Positions 53,943-64,000 of a stretch of 64,000 nt of DNA are shown in pieces; positions within the stretch are counted from its first letter, which is position 1, and every line of letters begins with the position of its first letter. Source of the stretch: Eledone cirrhosa (lineage: Eukaryota); NCBI GenBank assembly GCA_964016885.1, contig OZ024741.1:83452001-83516000 (forward strand), in the 5' to 3' direction. The notes below the pieces were generated by a model. The model did not search any database, had not been told where the DNA came from, and saw nothing but the letters and a program-made list of their open reading frames with translations. The position numbers and the translations under genes were made by a program.

Positions 53943-54852
53943 CGTCTGCAATCCCCTGATTATCCAATTACAGACAATATATTTCAAATATATTTTCACT
54001 AAAGTAAAAATCTTCGCTCCTTTTAACTGCAGCCTAGATTTCCTCTCCTCACCACCCTTACAATAAATCCTTACTGATACACCTTGATACATTATAAATC
54101 TATCAACCGTGATTAAAGAATTCCTATACACGGAGACTAAGAAAAAATTCAAGAACAGAAATATCAATCTTCTCAATAGCTCTTCTTTTCTGTAGATTTT
54201 ATTTTTTTTACCACTTCAAACCATCTCTTGTTTTGTTTCTCAATTATGCTGGGTATTATATCACTTTCTCAGTCTGTCATGGATTTCAATATCTACACGG
54301 GTGTTTAAAGTGTGTAAATAAGAGGATAAACAAAAAAAAAATAACAGCCACACTTTACTTACCACCAACTATCCATTACAACTTTTAACAAAGTTCTGTA
54401 ATTTTTCAAATTGCTAATGCATACGTTCCAGTAATCTCCTGACATTTATCATATTTCAACAAAGAATATAATTAAATAAAAGCATTTTCTACCCAGATTA
54501 AGTGGAATATATCTTGTGTAATAGTTATCTACAATTAATTACACATCTATTTCATGTTTTTTCTCCACTTACGCATCTTAATGAGCCACTTGCGGCATAT
54601 ATTATATAGTATGTATAACATAATAGATTTCCGAATTAACTAACGTAGTTATGAGATTTTCAACTATTTCATAAATGTATGTATGTATGTATGTATGTAT
54701 GTATGTATGTATGTATGTATGTATGTATGTATGTATGTATGTATGAATGTACGTATGTATATATGTAAGTATATATGTATGTGAGTATGTATGTATGCAT
54801 GTATCTATGTAAGTTTGTATGCATCTATCTATGTAAGTATGTAAGTATATAT

Positions 54853-55040
54853 GTCGTCACATGGTACTAAGGGCAAAGCACTATGTGTCGATAATTGTCA
54901 CAAGTGTAGTGTTTGTGCCAGAGTTTTCAAGTCGCTGGCTGGACTAAAAAGTCAAACACGTTCAGCGCATCGGTAGGGGTTCTCCTACATGGATATAAAG
55001 TAGTGGCCATCCTCGAAAACGAGTTGGCAGCCACCACCAT
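54853..55040 (+). repeat. Copy of 42168-42352 inside a (TATG)n tract
   Basis: Direct sequence similarity; the ORF shadows are near-identical. Confidence 0.8.
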
Positions 55041-55476
55041 GTATATATGTATGTATGTATATATGTATGTATGTATGTATATATGTATGTCTGTATATAT
55101 GTATGCATGTATGTATAAATATATGTATGTAAATATTTGAGTGTATGTATATATTTGAGTATGTATGTATATATTTGGGTGTATGTATATATTTGAGTGT
55201 GTGTATATGTATATATATATATATATACACATATATACATATATATACATACAGACATACACTCAAATATATACATACATATATGTATACATGCATGCAT
55301 ATATACATATATACTTACATACTTACATAGATACATGCATACATACTTACATACATACATACATACTTAAATACATGAATTATATAAATATATATATACA
55401 TATACATATATATATATATATATACATATAGTATACATATATATATACATCTAGTATACATATATATATACACACG

Positions 55477-55565
<89 letters not shown>

Positions 55566-55656
55566 CATACATACATATATATATATATATATTTATACAT
55601 ATATGTTTATATGTATTTATAAATTTATATATATATGTATATATATATATATACAC

Positions 55657-55706
<50 letters not shown>

Positions 55707-55716
55707 GTATATACAC

Positions 55717-56496
<780 letters not shown>

Positions 56497-56907
56497 GAAA
56501 TAATATAATATGTTACTTCTTTCACATCACATATGTGCACAATCAGTAAGCAATGATCCCACTGATTCTAAACTTAAATGTATGTGCATATATGTATATA
56601 TATGTGTATATACATAAATACATATATATGTATGTATACATATATATGTATATATGTATACATACATAAATACACATATATATATAAATATATATATACA
56701 TATATATATATATAATGCTTATACATACGCATATATTTGTGGTTGTACGGGCATCATTAAGCTACATTCATTAGGCATAGCACTCACTTATTCTAAATTT
56801 TCTTTATGCGTGCATGCGTTTATAGACCCACACCACACATATACCCACACACACATATACACACACATACGCACACACACGCACGCACGCACAGATACAC
56901 ACACACG

Positions 56908-56950
<43 letters not shown>

Positions 56951-57676
56951 CGTTAGATTGATGGATAGATATAGATATTTTGCGTATACATTAATTTCTA
57001 AACTAACATCGTTACGATACACCTCTACGTTTCAATACATATATCAGTATGGATTTCCCTGACATTTTACGCCTTTGTAACCGAATAATATAACCTCGCT
57101 TAATTAGACATACAACCTTGAATACCAGCATGTGAACAGCATTTTAAACCCTATGCAATTTTCTTGAAATAAAAAAAAGTAAGTATTTTCATTTTTAACA
57201 CAAATTATGAGCCATTTAACCATAGATATTTAAAACCTATTACTTCCTTTCGCTTATCGTTTATCTTCGCCTTATTTCAATATCTCTCATGGCATTCACT
57301 CTCTCCTCTCTCTTACATCTAAATACTCAAATGTTATCCTCACCTCCTCATCTCCTTCTTTCATAACATATTAGTTTCAAATTGTAAGGTGATAATCATA
57401 CTTTCTAATGCTATAAGTGGTGGGTGAAGTTTGAGAATGTTCTTGTTCACGTCTGATTAACCCCATCGTATTCATTCCTTATTTCTAATGAAAGAAAAGT
57501 TTGAAAATGGTCAAGACTATATAGTCATTAGTAATATAATAAATTTGTCACATTTCAAAGGAAACACTTATTATCGTAGAAACAAGGGCAGATTAGTAGG
57601 AAAGTGTTAAAAAACCATTCGGGCTGTTAGTATGTATTTATAATAATTTTAATCCTAAAACCAAAGCCTTGGTATA

Positions 57677-57812
57677 ATAATTGTTTCTATTTTAGGCACA
57701 AGACCAGCAATTACTCAGTACATTACTGGTACTTTATTTTATCGAACCCGTAAGGATGAAATGCAAAGTTAACCTCGGCGGGATTTGAAGTCAGATCATA
57801 AAGGGACGTAAC
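57677..57812 (-). mobile_element. Nin-like SINE, 5'-truncated
   Basis: Same family as 28178-28370. Confidence 0.8.
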
Positions 57813-58381
57813 AATGATTCATTGAAAACTGCTCCCTGCCGCGGCATTGCTTGCAGACAATACCAATTATCTCAGTACTTGTTCAATCATAATCGCTGTT
57901 ATATATATTTCGTCGATAACCATTATGCAACAGCTATGGCCTCAGCAGACAGCGAGAATTTGAACAGAACAAAAAAACAAGCGAAAAATGTTACGATGGA
58001 ACAAAGATTCCTTCTGTTATTTATTATATGCTCCATGCTGAAATTTGGCATTGTTTTCTCAAGGCATCGGTAGCATATAACTTGTAGGAACTTCGTGCAC
58101 ATATGTTCACTAATTGACACTGACGTTTTTTGGTTATTTATTCCTTAACAAGGTGTCTTATAGACAGGTATGCCATTCAATAGCTACATAGATATAGGTA
58201 GACAGATTTGTTTGATTAAATCCTGGATCTATATAAATACTTTGTCTTCGTCGGGTACAATGAGTCTACAGGAAATTTTATATGATTGGCGATTGGAGAG
58301 ATAAGTAGACAGTGACATGGAAACATACCGTGGATATACGTACATGTAGAGAAATAAACAGGTATATGGACAGTTAAGTAA

Positions 58382-58415
<34 letters not shown>

Positions 58416-58627
58416 TTCCTTATTTGCCACAAGGGCGCACAAGAAAAGGGGACAATACAAAGACATGCCGGGGATGTTACATACAGTCGTGTAAAAATAT
58501 AAAAACAAACAATTACAACAATCGAAATCACCAATGGGTTGTTTAATACCCCGTCGATAGAACAACCCTCAACTCCAGGAGCGTGTTGTGCAAGTGCTCC
58601 TTTCTTCCGTTTGCTCTCCTCTTCAAC

Positions 58628-60900
58628 CTACAGGCTTATAAGCAGAGACGGCCCAATCACTCAGGCCATTTTCGCTTCATTCACCCACCTTTCAGTAAAT
58701 TTACTGGGGTGCAGTGCCTCGCTCTCCACTCTGATTCTCCTTCTAAAGTGATACTTAAAGAAGGGAATCAATTGTTGTCCGGAGAGAAAGGCATCTGTCC
58801 TCAGTCCTCTGAATCTCGTCCACCATATAACCTCTTTTACCATAACCACCGCTTTGCGCAATCCCGATTCTAGAGGGATGCCCTGCACCAGCTCCAATTT
58901 CCACAGTAGTGGCTCTAGAGTCAATACATACAGAATGGAGGAGAGAGGGCACCCCTGTCGAATGGAACACGTGATTGCGAACGGCTCTGACAGGTAGCCG
59001 TTCACCTTGACCCTCGAGCAGATGCTGGTGTGCATCGCCTCGATCAAGCCTCTGAGCACGGGACCGAAACCGGCCGCCTTGAGAACCGCTTCCAAGTATC
59101 GATGGTCAACCCTATCGAATGCCTTAGACTGATCCAAATTGATCAGAGCCCCACCGAATCCGGGTTTACTACTAACCCTCTCTATGATGTATCGCATGAG
59201 GTGGAGGTTGTCGTGTATGAACCTGGTCGGGATTGTGCACGTTTGCGCTTTCCCTACCAGGTTCTCGACGACAAGCGCCAACCTCGTCGCTTGCACCTTG
59301 GTCAAAATCTTTAACTCTGTGTTGAGCAGAGTTATGGGCCTGAAGTTGTTAATTTCGTCCCCCTTGTTCTCGTCTTTCCTGATCAGCGTTACTACGCCCT
59401 ATCCTGCAGAACTGCGAATTCTCCCGTTCTGCTGCCAATTGCAGTAGACGGCTTCGAGGACGCCAGAGAACAAGTCCGGCATGCCTATGTAAAAGTCATA
59501 GGGTAGACCATCTAGACCGGGTGACTTGCGTTTCCCGCAGCGGCCCAGAGCGTCCCGTATCTCTGTGCCCGTGATCGGTCTTTCGCAGAACTCGGCGTCC
59601 GTGTTCAACAGATGCGGCAGGCCGTCGCGGTATTAACTAAAGTCCATTGCCCCGTTCGGCTCACCGTCGTTCTACTCAAACAGTCGCGCAAAGTGCTGCT
59701 GAAAGGCCGCGCACATTTGCTTGGGGTCAAGTAGCACGCGTCTGTTTTGGTCTTTCAAAGACCGAATCGTGGACTTGTTGCCACTTTTTGCCTCCGCCAC
59801 TCGGGCCCAGCTGACAGCTTTCGCGCCTTCGTTTCCGAGAGCACGTGTTTTGCTTCTGACCACGCAGCCTTCGTGTTTCGCATCGAAGAACTGGTCCAGT
59901 GCAGTTCTCGACGCTAACACTCTAGCCGCGTTGCCACTTCTAAGTGCCTCCTCTACCTTGGCTACTAGTTCTCTTTCTATTCTGTTTTTCTCTAAGGCTA
60001 ACTCTCTGCTATACCCTATCGATTCTATTCTAATTGCTTTCTTGAGAGAGTACCACCATCTATTGTTGACGATGGCTCCCGTTAACTGTTGCTTGACTAG
60101 TCTACTTATCCGTTCACTGTAAGCTTTACGTGCCGTCAACAACACGTTCAGCTTCCAGTATCCGGGTCCCTGTCTATGTGTTCTATCACGGTTGACTAAG
60201 CAGACGACTAATTTGTGATCTGAATAGGCAACCATGTGCATTCGTGGACAGCTTTACATCTCCTTGTCCCTTTCTCTAATGAAGAACCTATCTAGATACG
60301 ATCTAGATGTCCCGCTGCGGTTTGCCCACGTCCACTGTGGTGCTGTCAGGAAATCCAGTCGATACCTATCGGCCAGTTGGAATTGGCCGATTAAAGTTTT
60401 GAGGCTGTTGCACCCCGCTCTACTGGGACATGCTCCCACATAGTCCCATCGTGCATCTAGGATACCATTCCAGTCCCCCACTAAAAGTAACGAGCGAGAC
60501 GTTCCCAGAAAATACTCTAGACGCTTAAAGAAGTCTGGCCGTGATTGCGATTGTCCGGTCGGGGCATAAACGGCCACCAGTCTGAAGGCTCCACCTCCAA
60601 TACTGTTCACGTCTAGGACTGCCAGTCTACCCTCCGGGTCCAAGTGTACTTGCTGTACTTCGATGTCCAGGTTCTTCCGAAACATGGCAGCCACTCCACT
60701 CCCACCTCCTGGCTGACAGAGAGATGCGTAGATCCCCAAGTCGTCGAAGATGGGAGTTAGTTGGTGCCTGTTGTGGATCCTGGACTCGTGATGGCTATCA
60801 CATCCATACCTTGTGACCTCAGGTCGTTTAAAAGTTGGCCCTGTTTCCAGGGCATCCCTAGGCCACGCACATTCACGCTTCCAACTCGTAAACTAGCCAT
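58628..60900 (-). pseudogene. ORF2: AP endonuclease + truncated RT
   Basis: Starts MASLRVGSVNVRGL; VYAP, GDWN, YLDRF, YSDHK, GYWKLN, KSPGLDGLP, DQSKAFDRVDH, RQGCPLS. Jumps from QGIPLESG to the C-terminal KEVIWWTR, so the YADD region is deleted. Confidence 0.9.
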
Positions 60901-60941
60901 GTTGGTGAAGAAGAGTTGGAGAAAAAGGACGAAAGGTGCAC

Positions 60942-62830
60942 TTACCTTTTCGTTTCCTGGAGATCGGGTTGTTCAATCTCCATTTGGGTGGTGGATGGGG
61001 TGTTGGGTGGGGTGGGTAAACATTTTAACAGGACGCGGTTGGTGGGTTTCTGGCAGGGGTTGCCCACGTCCTGTGAAAATTTATTTTTTAGGTCATTATA
61101 GGTTTCCATAGAAACCCTTATAAGTTTAAGGTGTGGAGACGATTCTGCCTTGACGAACGTTTTGCCCTCCGTCTCCACCTTGGGGTTTTGGGAGATGACC
61201 TCCATCAAATTCTTGTTGTTTGTGTTGATGTATGCGTATTTTTGTTTGTGTTTTCGTTGTGTTGTTTTGGTTTGTTTTTCGTCCGGGAGTTTTCTTTTTA
61301 TGGTGGGTGCTTGTGTTTGGGGTGGTGTTGGTATTGGTTTTGCTGATAGGGGGATGTTTGACTGTGGTGTTGTTTGTGTCTGTGGTTGTGTGTTGGTGTT
61401 GGTGATTGGAGTTTTGGGGGTTTTGTGGTGTCTCTTTTTTTGTTTTTTAGATTTCCGCTTCTTCACTTAAAGAAGGAGAAGCAGCTTCATCCATCAATGA
61501 ATAATCATCGTCAGGTGTGCGGGGTAGGGGTATGTTGTGTGGTAGTGGTGTTTCGTGTGTGTGTTTGTGGTTGATGGAATGGGATGGAGTGGGCTTGTGT
61601 TCTTCAGGGGTGTTGTCTCTGTTTTTTCTGTTGTTGGTTGAGTCTGTTTGTTTTGGTGTGGTTCCTTGTTTCGTCTGTCGTTGTACTTGTGGTGGTGGTG
61701 GTTGTTTTGGGGTTGGTGGTTGTTTTGATATTGGTGTTGGTAATAGTGTTTTTTTAATGATGTTGTTGTTGTGTGTTTGTGGACAAGAGACTTTTAGGTG
61801 TGCTATGCTACCGCAGCGAAAGCAATGAAATGTTCGTCCTTCTACCGAAATGTTTATTTTGTTGTTATCATCGATGACGACTCTTTCGGGTATTTTGGAG
61901 ATTCTCTCCGGTTTCATTTGCAACAGAATCTACAAATCAGTACCCGCCCACATTTGTCGAATAGATTTTCGTATCGAGAGAATTATATCAGTTTCTGGTT
62001 CTACGAAGCCAGCCAAGATCCACCAGATGTTAATGTTTGGGGGTGTTTTTTTTTTATTTTTTGTGTCCATTTTCCCATGTGTGTAGGGAAAAAGGTGTAT
62101 GCTTTTGACACCATTGGTGTCACAGAATGTTTTTGGGCGAGTGCCTCGCTTTTAAACAGTACGGAAACACTTCCGTACTGTTTTCCTCGCTGGAGAAAAT
62201 CGTTATTTGCTATAATTTCCTTGAAAGTAGCTTCTATATCTGCTTGGCTAACAAATGTCTGCTTTCTTGTGGAATGTGACACAGTCCTAAAGGTGACTGA
62301 TCTGTGAATTGTGTCTTGCTTTATTTCAAGGGGTCAGTCAATTCTAAACCCACCTCTTTCTTCGAAAGTTACAAATGTTCTCCCTTGCTGGAGCATATCT
62401 CTTGCGTTGGAGATATCAAGATTTATAAAATCTTGTTTTTTGTCACTGTTTCAGCGAAGGACATTTTCTTTGTTTGTGTGGTGTTGCTGTTATTGTTGTT
62501 GTTATCGTTGTTAGCCTCGGTGTTGGAAATCTCAGTTCCATGACGAGGTGAAACATTATTTGTAGATGTATCTGTGAAGTTGCTGATGTCTTTTTCATGT
62601 GTATGTATGTTAATGGGTTTAATTCCTGTGTTTTTCTGTGTGTTATTGTTATTTTTCTCCGCTTCGACGGTAGAAATTTTAAAATCTTCAAGTGGTAATA
62701 TTTTTTCCTCTTTGTTGACAGTCGTATCTATGGCGACGTCCATAGTAGCAGAAGCAGATATAACGTTAATATCTGCCTCTTTCTCTCTCTTTTCTCTATT
62801 GACGTTCTCCAGCGTTCTTGTGTTGTTCAA
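60942..62830 (-). pseudogene. ORF1 (gag-like, CCHC zinc knuckle), frameshifted
   Basis: Fragments 62423-62830, 62001-62282, 61447-61923 (CFRCGSIAHLKVSC) and 60942-61466, rich in P/T/K/N. Confidence 0.8.
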
Positions 62831-63052
62831 GTTATTTAGTTTGTAACATTTTGTATTTTAAAACAATTTTTAAAATAAAATGTTCGCCCCTAAAGGGGCG
62901 AAAAATGGGATTACCACCCAGCTGACAATTCAGCTTGGGGGTTAATCTACAAAATAACATATTTTTTCAAATAATTTGTTCTGTTTTTCGTATATAAATT
63001 AACAAAAAATTTTACCGGCGATGTTTCACGCGTCAGACAGAAAGAGAGATAT

Positions 63053-63137
<85 letters not shown>

Positions 63138-63138
<1 letters not shown>

Positions 63139-64000
63139 TTCTTTATTAGCCACAGGGGCACAAAAGAAGGGGACAAATACAAAGGGGGAAGTTTACATAC
63201 AATAAAAACGTGTAAAATGTTATCACAGATGGAATTTAAAAGTTAGTCGATTTTCCCCAATAGAGGGAGACAGTTTATATGGGTAACACATACCCCCGAA
63301 AAAAAATGTGCAACCCTCATCTCCAGGAGTACGAAGAGCTTGTACTCCTTTCCTCTCCTCCTCCTTTTCCTCAACCTACAGGCTGATATAGAGAGAAGGC
63401 CGATTCACTCGGGCCATTCTCGCCACTTTCACCCACCTTTCATAAAACTTGCTGGGGTACAGCACCTCTCTCTCCATCCTGATTCTTCTTCCAAAGTGGT
63501 ATTTGAAAAAAAGAATCAGTTGTTGGCCGAAGAGAAAGGTGTCTGACCTCAGCCCTTTCAACCTTGTCCACCATACAACCTCTTTCGCCATAGCTATCAC
63601 ACAAAGGAAAACCGCCTCTCCTTCGTTTTTGAAGGAGAGTGGCGGTTTGATCATGACAATGGACTCGGTGGTCAACTGGATTGGTCCCACCCGCGACAAT
63701 AGTCGTTCTACATAGCCCCACAGGTCAGTGACGCCCGGGCAGTGTATGAATGCGTGCGCAACGGTTTCTTCGTCTCGCACGCACCTCGGACAGATCTTTT
63801 TTGCAGGGTCCCTGCCCGGGCGCCCATGTCTGTAGAGCTTGTCTCGAACTGGTAGAGCTCCTCGGTAGCACTGCCAGGCCAGGGACTTTTGGAAGTTGTC
63901 CATCGGTCCCGGGCGGAAGGTCCTACCGAACAGACTGGCCAGTTCATCTTCCTCTACGCCTAGAGTTTCACCGAGCGCGTCGTCGCACTTGCTGCGGACC
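63138..64000 (-). mobile_element. 3' end of a second, related Tx1-like LINE in tandem
   Basis: ORF 63376-63903 has ALPVRDKL..CPRC..ETVAHAFIHC (C-terminal Zn motif) and KEVVWWTR. The 3' terminus GTGGCTAATAAAGAAA runs into (TCTA)n. Confidence 0.9.

Larger units (their letters stand above)
58415..63047 (-). mobile_element. Tx1/L1-clade LINE (ORF1 + APE-RT ORF2), internally deleted, flanked by (GATA)n on both sides
   Basis: Two-ORF layout. The 3' terminus ...GTGGCAAATAAGGAAA runs directly into (TCTA)n, and the 5' end abuts the 63048-63137 tract. Confidence 0.9.

Noticed and set aside
62883-62902. GC-rich hairpin TTCGCCCC-TAAA-GGGGCGAA resembling an intrinsic terminator
   Set aside because: It lies in the 5' UTR of a eukaryotic LINE, so a bacterial terminator call does not apply; function unknown.

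Overview
AT-rich animal (eukaryotic) DNA crowded with (TA)n, (CA)n, (CATA)n, (GATA)n and (GAA)n microsatellites. The SINE types and repeat landscape suggest a cephalopod such as an octopus (inference). No host protein-coding gene can be supported, and most ORFs in the track are microsatellite translations or antisense shadows. Mobile DNA dominates: five R4/Dong-like RLE LINEs (four bounded by (CATA)n tracts, two forming a 3998-bp head-to-tail tandem), Tx1/L1-clade LINEs sitting in (GATA)n, a ~6.1-kb decayed Helitron, two Tc1/mariner elements, a decayed Penelope-like RT and several tRNA-derived SINEs. The main unannotated signal is a set of short non-coding repeats next to (TA)n tracts that carry type I hammerhead ribozyme motifs. 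At least five sequence families occur, arranged as partial tandem (direct) repeats or fold-back inversions. Two families also carry an ATGCAAAT octamer 80-90 nt upstream of the ribozyme core. This resembles a retrozyme / Penelope-pLTR / newt-satellite-2-like system of self-cleaving, possibly circular RNAs. All structures and coordinates were read by eye and need computational confirmation.
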